Part shown: piece by piece, positions 18,267 through 26,867 of the stretch
Position numbering within the stretch: position 1 is the stretch's first letter
How the letters are laid out: the number at the start of each line of letters is the position of its first letter
Source of the DNA: Candidatus Rokuibacteriota bacterium
GTDB lineage: Bacteria > Methylomirabilota > Methylomirabilia > Rokubacteriales > DASRDR01
Direction: 5' to 3'
Length of the DNA stretch: 64,000 nucleotides
Assembly (NCBI GenBank): GCA_044866005.1
Contig: JBIOTN010000175.1
Location: 6,330 to 70,329 of the forward strand
Program-made: the position numbers and the translations under genes
The notes under the pieces: generated by a model
What the model was told of the DNA's origin: nothing
Seen by the model: only the letters and a program-made list of their open reading frames with translations
Databases searched by the model: none

Positions 18267-19068
18267 GCCGCCTCAGGTGACGGCCCCCGGACGGCCCTCA
18301 CCCTCGAACCTGTGCAGCACGGTAAGTGCGCTTCGGGGCCGTCGGGCCGCCCGTAGATTCCGGGGGTTAGGCTGCACACGCCCCCGCGCTTTATCTTGCG
18401 CTACACGTTGCGAACATCCTGACCGGGCTGGTAGCTGAAGTCGAACGCGTCCAGCCCTTTGACAAAGGGGAAGCGGGCGAGGTGGGGGTCGGCGCGGAGC
18501 TACGGGTCAGGAGCTGGCGATGCCTGGCTGTCCGTATCTGCCGTTACTACGTGCCGGCGCGAAGTCCTATGACTCCGTGTGAGTTCTACAGAAACTTGAT
18601 GCTTTCCCAAACCCCCCAAGAGGCCCCGGCAGGTGCCGAATGTGGTTTCGAGCTCGCTCGTTTCCAGGGGAGGTAACTGGCCGTAAGGAGCCACACTAAT
18701 CCGAGTCGCGTAGACAGTCCGCTTGTACCCAAGCAAGGGTGTGGGACTGGCACCGCCTTGACCGGACGGCTCGCAGGTCCACTATGTGCGGATCTCGGGG
18801 AGCGACGCGACGCCGGGCAGCAACGTCTTCGAGCACACCAGTAGCCCCACCCGCTTCTACAAGTCCCGGATCGCGTGGAATCCCGCCGACGCCGCCTGGA
18901 ACCTCACGCTCAAGGACGGGACGGTCTACGTCCACGGCGATGTCGCCCCGCTCCAGGCGATCCGGGACCTGCGCCGCGGACCAGCGGATGACCTTCGGCC
19001 TGCCTGAAAATCCCTTAGCACCTGTCCCCCTCCGGCGCCGGACACGGGGAGCCGTACGGAGGGGACAG

Positions 19069-19601
19069 ATGCCTCGCAAGAAGGCGACACGATCCGAGGG
19101 GACCGGGGGAACGCTCGCTCGGGCGGCCCGGTCGCCGTGGCCCCTGGAAGTCCGACTGCGGGTGGCCCGGGCGGTGGTCGAGGAGGGGCTCGCCTTGGCG
19201 ACGGTGGCGCGCGCCTGCGGCGTCAGTGCGAAGACGGCGATCCTGTGGGTGCGTCGGTATCGGGCACGCGGGGTGGACGGGTTGCTCCCGGTGACGGCGC
19301 CGCCGGTTCCCGCGACGGGGGCCGAGGCGCGACGGGAGGCCGTGGTGGGGATCCGGCGGGCGCATCCCGAGGTGGGGACGCGCCGGATCCGAGATATCCT
19401 CGAGCGGTTTCACGCCTGGGCGTGTCGGAGCGGACGGTGCGGCGGATTCTGCACGCGGAGGGCCTGAGCGCGCCGCCGGCCCCGCCGCGGGCGAAGGCCC
19501 GGCCGGCCGAGCGGCGGTTTGAGCGGGCGGAGGCGAATCAGCTCTGGCAATCGGATCTCTTCACGTTTCTGCTGCGGCGGCACGAGCGGGTCTACCTGGC
19601 C
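19069..19601 (+). mobile_element. IS481-family transposase remnant (frameshifted near 19410 and 3'-truncated)
   Basis: HTH part (LEVRLRVARAVVEEGLALATVARACGVSAKTAILWVRRYRARGVDGLLP, ...RIRDILER). It then continues in another frame (LGVSERTVRRILHAEGLS...RFERAEANQLWQSDLFTF, the start of the DDE integrase core) and breaks off at the stop of the sigma-54 activator gene. A 12-13 bp inverted repeat (19023..19035 / 19056..19067) lies just upstream of the ATG. Confidence 0.7.
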
Positions 19602-21044
19602 TTAGACGCCGGCGGCGCCGGCGCCGGGCTCTTCCTCGGGCTCGCTCTCCTCGTCGCCGCGGAGGAGCTGGTACTCCTTGAGCTTGTTGTAGAGCGTCTT
19701 GTAGTTGATCCCCAGCAGCCGCGCCGCCTGGGCGCGGTTCCAGCGCGTCCGCTCCAGCGTGCGGACGATCAGGTCCCGCTCGGCCGTCTCGACGACGTGC
19801 CGCACCACGTCCTTGAGCGTGTTCCCCGGCCCCGCCCCGGCCCCCGGGGCGGTCGCGACGAGCGGCGCGCCCCGGCCCCGGAACTCGCCGGGCAGGTCGC
19901 GCAGGGTGAGCGGGCCCTCGGCGAGCACGGCGGCGCGCTTGAGCGCGTTCCGGAGCTCCCGCACGTTCCCCGGCCAGGGGTAGGCCCGCAGGGCCGCGAG
20001 CGCCTCGGCCGTCACGCCGGGCACGGGCTTTCCCAGCTCCTCGCCGATGCGCTGGAGGAAGTGGTCCACGAGCGCCGGCAGGTCCTCGTTCCGCTCGCGA
20101 AGCGCGGGGGCGTGGATGGTGAACTCGTTGAGCCGGTGGTAGAGGTCCTCGCGGAACCGCCCCTCGCGGATGGCGTCCTCGAAGTTGACGTGCGTCGCCG
20201 CGACGATCCGCACGTCGATGGGGATCTGGCCGCGCCCGCCCAGGCGCGTGATGGCGCGGTCCTCGAGCACGCGGAGGAGCTTCATCTGCGTGGAGAGCGG
20301 GAGGTTGCCGATCTCGTCGAGGAAGAGCGTGCCGCCGTGCGCCAGCTCGAACCGGCCCAGGCGGCGCTGGGTCGCGCCGGTGAAGGCCCCCCGCTCGTGT
20401 CCGAACAGCTCGGACTCGACGAGCGTCTCGGGGAGCGCCGCGCAGTCGAGCGGGATGAAGGGGCCCCGCCGGCGCTTGCTCTGGGCGTGGATGGCGTGGG
20501 CGACCAGCTCCTTGCCCGTCCCGCTCTCGCCGCGGATCAGGATCGTCACGTCGTACGGGGCGACGCGCGCGATGAACTGGCGCAGCTCCTCCATGGCGGC
20601 GCTCCCGCCGACGAGGTCCTCGGGGCTGGCGCGCTCGCGCATGGCGGCGCGGAGCGTCTGGACCTCGGCGTGCAGGCGCCGGGTCTCCAGCCCCTTCTCC
20701 ACGACCACCCGCACCTCCTCGAGGTGGACCGGCTTGATCAGGTAATCGAAGGCGCCCAGCTTCATCGCGCGGACGGCGGACTCGATCGTCCCGTGCCCGG
20801 TGAGCATGACGACCGGGACGTGCTCGTCGATCTCCCGGATGCGCCGGAGGACGTCGAGCCCGTCGCCGTCGGGGAGGCGGAGGTCGAGCAGCACCGCCTC
20901 CGGCGCCTGGGCCTCGAAGGCGGCCACGGCGGCCTGGGCGGTCTCGGCCGTCGCGACCTCGTAGCCCAGCTCGCCGAGCGCGCGGGAGAGGATCCAGCAG
21001 ATCTCGGGCTCGTCGTCAACCAGCAGCAGGCGTGTCCGGACCAT
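19602..21044 (-). CDS. sigma-54-dependent response regulator (NtrC family enhancer-binding protein)
   Basis: REC domain (LLVDDEP...D54), AAA+ sigma-54 interaction domain (GESGTGKE, GAFTGA, ESELFGHE) and C-terminal Fis-type HTH. Confidence 0.9.
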   Translation of the reverse strand: MVRTRLLLVDDEPEICWILSRALGELGYEVATAETAQAAVAAFEAQAPEAVLLDLRLPDGDGLDVLRRIREIDEHVPVVMLTGHGTIESAVRAMKLGAFDYLIKPVHLEEVRVVVEKGLETRRLHAEVQTLRAAMRERASPEDLVGGSAAMEELRQFIARVAPYDVTILIRGESGTGKELVAHAIHAQSKRRRGPFIPLDCAALPETLVESELFGHERGAFTGATQRRLGRFELAHGGTLFLDEIGNLPLSTQMKLLRVLEDRAITRLGGRGQIPIDVRIVAATHVNFEDAIREGRFREDLYHRLNEFTIHAPALRERNEDLPALVDHFLQRIGEELGKPVPGVTAEALAALRAYPWPGNVRELRNALKRAAVLAEGPLTLRDLPGEFRGRGAPLVATAPGAGAGPGNTLKDVVRHVVETAERDLIVRTLERTRWNRAQAARLLGINYKTLYNKLKEYQLLRGDEESEPEEEPGAGAAGV

Positions 21045-23244
21045 GGCTCGGCTCCGGTAGGTCGGACCGTTCCGGCGCGCCGCCGCCCGGCGGCGCGCTC
21101 CGGGCGGCGGGGAGGAGGACCATGAAGGTCGTCCCGCGCCCCGGCTCGCTGGCGGCCTCGATCGCGCCGCCGTGCTCCTCGATGATGCGGCGCGTGATGG
21201 CGAGGCCCAGGCCAGTGCCGCGACGCTTGGTGGTGTAGTAGGGCTCGAAGATGACGCCGAGGTGGGAGCCCTCGATGCCGGTCCCCGTGTCCGCCACCGT
21301 GACCGCGACGTTGCCGCTCCGTGGCGCGGGCGTCGCGCCGAACGTGAGCCGGCCGCCGTGCGGCATCGCGTCGAGCGCGTTCAGCGCGAGGTTGAGCAAG
21401 GCTTGCTCCAGCAGCCGCGCGTCGAGCATCAGGCCGGGGAGCCCGGGCTCCGCCTCGACCCGGACCTCCACCGACCGCTGGCGCGCCCGCACGCGGACGA
21501 ACGCCGCGACCGCCTCGAGGATCGGCTCGATCCGCGCGGGCTGTGGCCGGAGCTCCAGGGGGCGCGAGAAGCTCAGGAGCCCCTCCAGCGACTCGTCCAT
21601 GTCGCGCACCTTCCGGTCCGCCGCGTCGAGGAGGGCGCGCTGCTCGTCCCCCACCGGGAGTCGGTCTCGCAGGTACTGGACCGTGGTCCCGATCACCGTG
21701 AGCGGGTTCCGGATCTCGTGCGCCAGGGCCGCGGCCAGTCGCCCGATCGTCGCGTACCGCTCGGCGCGCGCCAGCCGCACCTCCAGGCGCAGCCGCTCCT
21801 CGAGGCCGAAGGTCGTCGCGCGGAGCAGCCGCGCGTGGCGCACGGCGACCGCCAGCTGCTCGGCGATGGGACGCAGCAGGCGCAGGTCGCGACGCCGGAA
21901 GCGGCCCCGCGTCCGGCTGACCAGGGTGAGCGCGCCGACGCTCTCCCGCTCCACGACGAGCGGCACGGTGGTCAGCGAGCGCGCGCCGGGCAGCTCGCGG
22001 AGGAACGGCAGCACGGGGCGGCTCGACGTGGCGATGTCGGCGACGATCGCGGCGCGGCCGGTGCGCATGGCCTCACCGCTGACGGTCTCCCGGAACTCGG
22101 GCGACCACGGGAGCGTCCGTGGCGGCCGGCCGACCTCGCCCACCATCACCTGCCCGCCGTTCCCCTCCGCGTCCATCACCACGATCGCCGAGGCGTCGAA
22201 GGCCGTGATCCGCCGGATCTCCTGCGTGGCGACCCGGAAGATCTCCTCCAGCGACAGGCAGGCCGAGATCGCCTTGCCGATCCGCCGGGTCGCCCGCACC
22301 TGCCGGTTCCGCTCCCGGAGGTCGTCGCGCAGGCAGACGTTCACGATGGGGACCGTCGCGACGTCGGCCAGCTCCAGCAGCCGCTCCGCCAGCGGCTCGC
22401 CGAACGGCCGATCGCCATCGAGCCGCCCCACTGCCAAGAGGCCGACCAGCTCGTCGTCCTGGTGCAGCGGGATGAGGACGGCCGCGGAGACGGCGTCGTC
22501 CCGGAGGTACTCGCGCGGCACGGCGAGGGGGAAGGGCGGCGCGCAGAGGGCGGCGGCGCCCAGCAGCCGGTCGAGGTCGGTCGGCGGCAGCAGCGGCCGT
22601 GGGCCGCGCCGGCCGAGCACGCGGCGCGCCGCGCGCAGGGTCAGGTCCTCCCCGGGCCGCTCGCGCAGCCAGAGGCCGCCCACGTCCCCGTCGGTCAGCG
22701 TCACGGCGAGATCGAGGACCTGCTGACAGATCTCGTCGAGGTCGCGGCCCGGCTTGGCCAGCCGGAGCATCTGGCGGAAGTGGTTGACGTGGAGCTCGGC
22801 GTGGCGGGCGCGGCGCCGCGCCGCGTCGAGCTCCGCGACGACGGCGAGCGCGGGGCCGAGCACGGCCGCCCGCGCCCGCGTCTCCGCCGACACGCCGGCG
22901 CCCGGCCGGCCGAGCAGGAGGAGGACGCCCCGCGTCTCCTCGGCCGAGCCCACCGGGAACGCGACCGCCTCCGGCCACTCGGGGGTGAGCGGCGCATCGG
23001 GGACGAGGGCGGCCGCCGCCGGGGACCGGCTCGCCTGCCGGGCGAAGGCGACGACCGGCGCCTGCTGGAAGGGCTCCTCGGTCGGATGGGCGCCCACGAG
23101 ACGCACGTCCGCCTCGACGGCGAGGAAGAGCGCCCCGCCCTCGCCATGATCGAGGGCCGAGGCGAGGAGATCCCGCGTCACTCGAGCACCGGCACTCCCG
23201 AGGGCCTGGCGAAGGCCGTGAGCCAGGTCCAGGGGCCACGTCAT
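21016..23244 (-). CDS. GAF-domain sensor histidine kinase
   Basis: Several GAF-like modules, an HisKA H-box (LAAALAHEIRNPL) and HATPase_c (DTGTGI...GTGLGLAI). It overlaps the activator gene by 29 nt. Confidence 0.85.
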   Translation of the reverse strand: MTWPLDLAHGLRQALGSAGARVTRDLLASALDHGEGGALFLAVEADVRLVGAHPTEEPFQQAPVVAFARQASRSPAAAALVPDAPLTPEWPEAVAFPVGSAEETRGVLLLLGRPGAGVSAETRARAAVLGPALAVVAELDAARRRARHAELHVNHFRQMLRLAKPGRDLDEICQQVLDLAVTLTDGDVGGLWLRERPGEDLTLRAARRVLGRRGPRPLLPPTDLDRLLGAAALCAPPFPLAVPREYLRDDAVSAAVLIPLHQDDELVGLLAVGRLDGDRPFGEPLAERLLELADVATVPIVNVCLRDDLRERNRQVRATRRIGKAISACLSLEEIFRVATQEIRRITAFDASAIVVMDAEGNGGQVMVGEVGRPPRTLPWSPEFRETVSGEAMRTGRAAIVADIATSSRPVLPFLRELPGARSLTTVPLVVERESVGALTLVSRTRGRFRRRDLRLLRPIAEQLAVAVRHARLLRATTFGLEERLRLEVRLARAERYATIGRLAAALAHEIRNPLTVIGTTVQYLRDRLPVGDEQRALLDAADRKVRDMDESLEGLLSFSRPLELRPQPARIEPILEAVAAFVRVRARQRSVEVRVEAEPGLPGLMLDARLLEQALLNLALNALDAMPHGGRLTFGATPAPRSGNVAVTVADTGTGIEGSHLGVIFEPYYTTKRRGTGLGLAITRRIIEEHGGAIEAASEPGRGTTFMVLLPAARSAPPGGGAPERSDLPEPSHGPDTPAAG

Positions 23245-23296
23245 GCGGCTTTATTGTCTCACGCCGGCGCGGGCGAAGCACTCACCGGCGGCGGGG

Positions 23297-24850
23297 CTAG
23301 GGACGCGGCAGTTCGGAGGGAAGGGCGCCCACCGGGAGACCCAGGCGGCGCAGCAGGAAGGCCAGGAGCAAGCGGGCGTCGCGCCGCCGGCTCCGGGCGG
23401 CGGCATAGAGCCGGTCGAGGGCCAGGCGGTCCGCGGACCGCAGCGGCATCGGCGTCAGGTCCGCGAGCGTGACGAGGCCCGGCGGGGCGAGCGGCAGCTG
23501 GCCGCGCGCGGCGAGCAGGCCCCACTCCGACTCCGAGCGCGCCGCCGTGCCGACCCAGTGGAGGTCGCCCCGCACGACGTTCCAGAGGTGAGGCGCCCGC
23601 GCGAGGCCGAGACGACTGAGAAGGCGCCCGAGCCGGCCCCGGCTCGCCACGCGACGGAGCAGGGCGACGTCCCCGCGGGCGCCGACGACGCGCCGCCGGG
23701 TGAGCGGCCGGCCACCGCTCTCCACGGCCAGGCCCGCGAGCACCGGCAGCCACAGGGGCGCGGCGCCGGCGACGATCGCCATCGCCAGGAGCCGGCCCAT
23801 GAGGCTCCCCGGGTGCGGCCGGAGCGGAACGCGCGTGTCGCCGAGGATCCGCGGATCGCTCACCCGGGTCCAGCTGCCGGCGTGGGCGCGACCGAGCCGC
23901 TCGCGGTCGACGAGCGCGCCCTCCAGGGCGAGCCCACGCCCCACGTGCGTGCGGGGCAGCAGGACCGAGTGCCGCACGGTCGAGCCGCCGCCCACGATGA
24001 CGTCCTCGCCGACGACGCTCCGCTCGACGACCGCGCCGCGCCCGATCACCGCGTTCACGCCCACCAGGACCGGCGGCCGGACGGCGGCGCCCGGGTGGAC
24101 GAGGGCGCCGCGGGACAGGCGGACCCCCGGGCGGACTTCGAAGCCGGGCAGGACGAGTCCCGGCAGCTCGCCGCCGATCGCCATGTGGTTGGCAGCGAGG
24201 AGGTCGCCGGGCGTGCGAACGAGGCGCCCCGGGTCCGTCGTGACGTAGCCGCAGGTGGTGAGGCCGGCGGCCAGGAGGCGCGGCAACAGATCGTCGACCA
24301 GGTCGGCGGGCGTCGCCGGCGACAGCTCGGCGAGCGCCGCGGGGCTGACGAGGGCGAGCCCCGTCGTGGCGAAGCGCCCGCTCACGGGGCGCCGCGGCGG
24401 CGCCAGGCCCCCCTCGTCATCGACGTCCACGTCGCCGTCCTCGCCGTCGGCGGGGACCACGATCAGCGTGAGGACCGCGCCCCGCAGCTGGTGGAACGCG
24501 GCGGCCTTCGAGATGTCGGCGGTGGTCAGCGCGGTGCCCGCGGCCACCAGGAACGGCTCGCTCCACCGAGCGGCGACGCGACGGACCGCGCCGGCGGTGC
24601 CGAGCGGCGTCCGCTCCAGCGCGTACCGGAGCCGCAGGCCCCAGCGCGTGCCATCCCCGAGGCCGGCCTCGATGGGGTACGGGCAGTGGTGGAGGGCCAT
24701 CACCACCTCGCGGACGCGGTGCCGGACGAGGTGGTCGAGGAGGTGCTCGACGACCGGGCGGTTCGCCACCGGCAGCAGCGCGGCCGGCCAGTCGAGCGTG
24801 AGCGGGTGCAGGCGTGTCGCCGCGCCGCCGGCCAGGACGACCGCGTTCAC
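23297..24850 (-). CDS. sugar-1-phosphate nucleotidyltransferase + left-handed beta-helix + degenerate C-terminal bacterial-sugar-transferase (PHPT-like) domain fusion
   Basis: N-terminus MNAVVLAGGAATRLHPLT is the NTP-transferase G-rich loop. The middle is hexapeptide repeats. The C-terminus has a TM helix plus HLWNVVRGDLHWVGTAARSESEWG, which resembles the PHPT core ([21 protein letters not shown]) but lacks the DE dyad. Confidence 0.7.
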   Translation of the reverse strand: MNAVVLAGGAATRLHPLTLDWPAALLPVANRPVVEHLLDHLVRHRVREVVMALHHCPYPIEAGLGDGTRWGLRLRYALERTPLGTAGAVRRVAARWSEPFLVAAGTALTTADISKAAAFHQLRGAVLTLIVVPADGEDGDVDVDDEGGLAPPRRPVSGRFATTGLALVSPAALAELSPATPADLVDDLLPRLLAAGLTTCGYVTTDPGRLVRTPGDLLAANHMAIGGELPGLVLPGFEVRPGVRLSRGALVHPGAAVRPPVLVGVNAVIGRGAVVERSVVGEDVIVGGGSTVRHSVLLPRTHVGRGLALEGALVDRERLGRAHAGSWTRVSDPRILGDTRVPLRPHPGSLMGRLLAMAIVAGAAPLWLPVLAGLAVESGGRPLTRRRVVGARGDVALLRRVASRGRLGRLLSRLGLARAPHLWNVVRGDLHWVGTAARSESEWGLLAARGQLPLAPPGLVTLADLTPMPLRSADRLALDRLYAAARSRRRDARLLLAFLLRRLGLPVGALPSELPRP

Positions 24851-24869
24851 CGACGCCCCCCGGGGTCCC

Positions 24870-25178
24870 TCACGCGGCCCGGCTCGAGACGAGAGCGTCG
24901 GCCAGCGAGGTGAGGACCGGCATGAGGCTCGGCGAGGCGAGGATGCGGACCCGGCGCTCCCGCGCCAGCTGCCGGAGACCGCGCGAGAGGACCTCCAGCC
25001 CGAAGGCTTCGACGACGGTCAGTCCCGACAGGTCGAGCACGAGCTCGCGAGCCTGCGACGGCGTGCGGGCGAGCACGTCCAGCACGTGGCAGGCCGTCGA
25101 GCCGTCCACCGCGCCCTCCAGCGTCACCGTACATCGGTCCTGGCGCTGGCGGCGGCGCACTCGCAGGCGTGGCGCCAT
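24870..25178 (-). CDS. STAS-domain anti-sigma-factor antagonist
   Basis: MAPRLRVRRRQRQDRCTVTLEGAVDGSTACHVLDVL...LVLDLSGLTVVEAFGLEVL. Preceded by the RBS GGGAGG. Confidence 0.7.
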   Translation of the reverse strand: MAPRLRVRRRQRQDRCTVTLEGAVDGSTACHVLDVLARTPSQARELVLDLSGLTVVEAFGLEVLSRGLRQLARERRVRILASPSLMPVLTSLADALVSSRAA

Positions 25179-25191
25179 GCAATCCTCCCGG

Positions 25192-25623
25192 CTAGCTGGC
25201 GACCCGCCGCTCGAGCGGCGCGCGCGCCAGGCGGATCTTCCCCAGGTGCCGCTGCGGCGCATGGCCCGGCGCCGCCACCCCGCCGGCGGCGAGCGCCTCG
25301 ACGGCCGAGGCGACGTCGTCGCAGACGTCGAAGAGCAGGTGGAGCTGCATGATCTCCAGGACGAGTCTGACCTGCGAGGCCAGCCCCACGAGGCAGACAT
25401 CCCCGCCGCGGCGCTCGGCCTGCCGGAGCAGCGTGACCAGCGCGGCAAAGCCGCTGGAGTCCACCCGCCGCACGCCGCTCAGGTCGATGGCCACCCGCGG
25501 CACCCCGATCGGCGCCAGCATGAGTCTGACGCGGCGCAGGAAGGCCGGTGCGGTGGGGACCGTGAGCTCGCCCTCGACGGTCAGGACGGTCACGCTGCCG
25601 AGTTGCTTGGACGTCACCTGCAT
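25192..25623 (-). CDS. STAS-domain anti-sigma-factor antagonist (SpoIIAA-like)
   Basis: MQVTSKQLGSVTVLTVEGELT...IDLSGVRRVDSSGFAALVTL is the classic STAS fold signature. Confidence 0.8.
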   Translation of the reverse strand: MQVTSKQLGSVTVLTVEGELTVPTAPAFLRRVRLMLAPIGVPRVAIDLSGVRRVDSSGFAALVTLLRQAERRGGDVCLVGLASQVRLVLEIMQLHLLFDVCDDVASAVEALAAGGVAAPGHAPQRHLGKIRLARAPLERRVAS

Positions 25624-26095
25624 GGACCAGGCTCCTTCTCCCGACCTCGACCCCGCGATGCACGCGACGTGGGGGCGCTCACGACGCCGCGTGACCGGAG
25701 GTCGGTGCCGTGCCTGGCTCGCGCGCTCCTGATTCGCTCCATCCGTGCCACCGGGTCGTGCGCTCGAAAATGATGCCGACTGATGCCCCTTCCGAGGAGC
25801 AAGACGGATGCCGAGCCCCCGTGGGCCGTGGGGACGCCTCGCTGGAGCCTGCCCCGGCGCGCCGACGCCGGATCAGAGGCCATGATCGGCGACCCGGCCC
25901 CGCGGCGCCCGGGCCGAAAGGTTGCGGACGAGGCTGCAACATTTGCCGCCCCGCCGGCCTGGGATGGCACACGCATGGCGTGGCATTCGCCTTGCCCGCT
26001 CGGGATCGCGACGACCGCGACGTCGTGCGTCGGTCGCCACCCCGCGAGTCGTGTCGGGCGCACCTCGCGCCGCGCAGAGCCGGACGATCGAGCCG

Positions 26096-26830
26096 TCAGG
26101 ACGCCCCCTTCCCCGAGATCACCGCGGGAATCGTACGCAACAGGATCACGAGGTCCATGCCCAAGGTCTGACGCTCGATGTACTGGACGTCGAGTCGGAC
26201 CTGGCCCGGGAAGTCGATGGCGTTCCGGCCCATCACCTGCCAGAGGCAGGTGATGCCCGGCGTCGCCATGAGCCGCCGTCGGTCGGCGGGGTCGTACAGC
26301 GCGACCTCCGACGGGAGCGGCGGACGCGGGCCGACCAGCGACATCTCGCCCTGGAGGACGTTCAGGAGCTGTGGCAGCTCGTCCAGGGACAGCTTGCGAA
26401 TCACGCGGCCGACCCGCGTGATGCGGGGATCGTTCTTGATCTTGAAGAGGATCCCGTCCCGCATCTCGTTCTGCGCCATGAGGTCGGCCTTCAGCGCCTC
26501 GGCGTTCAGCACCATGGAGCGGAACTTGTACATCACGAACAGGCGGCCGTCCTTGCCCACCCGAACCTGGTGGAAGAGGATCGGCCCGCCGTCCTCCAGC
26601 TTGATCCCGAGGGCGATGGCGAGCCAGATCGGCGCGGCGATCACGAGGAGCACGAGCCCGCCGAGGAGGTCCACGGCCCGCTTGAGGCGGGGCGTGGTCC
26701 CGACCCGCACGCGCCACAGGAGCCGGCCGACCGCGATGACGAAGAGGTCGCGGCGGCGCGCCCAGCCGACGCCGCCGCGGGCGAGACGCCGGTGAGTTTG
26801 ACGGAGGAGGCGGGCGCGCTCGGCCGTCAC
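26096..26830 (-). CDS. polyprenyl-phosphate hexose-1-phosphate transferase (bacterial sugar transferase, priming PHPT)
   Basis: [25 protein letters not shown]...[21 protein letters not shown]...[23 protein letters not shown] carries the reentrant helix plus the DE dyad and PRP motif. The GTG start is tentative. Confidence 0.8.
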   Translation of the reverse strand: [244 protein letters not shown]

Positions 26831-26867
26831 GCCAGACCCCCAACGGCGCTGCGTCCCCGGCCCGCGG

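Noticed and set aside
18400-18760. tRNA gene as integration target within the low-GC islet
   Set aside because: I could find no cloverleaf-compatible sequence (no GTTCGANTCC T-arm with a matching acceptor stem). The islet boundary is instead marked by the IS481 remnant.
25736-25750. Minus-strand TGGCAC-N5-GAGCG about 125 bp upstream of the STAS genes
   Set aside because: The -24 element is perfect but the -12 element has only the GC dinucleotide and no TTGC. The match is too weak to call, so the promoter of the STAS-to-RR operon remains unidentified.
25981-25995. Plus-strand sigma-54-like motif TGGCATtcgccTTGCc in the 472-bp gap upstream of the STAS operon
   Set aside because: It points antisense into the PHPT gene and no plus-strand gene follows. 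It is probably a chance match, or it would give an antisense transcript that I cannot support.
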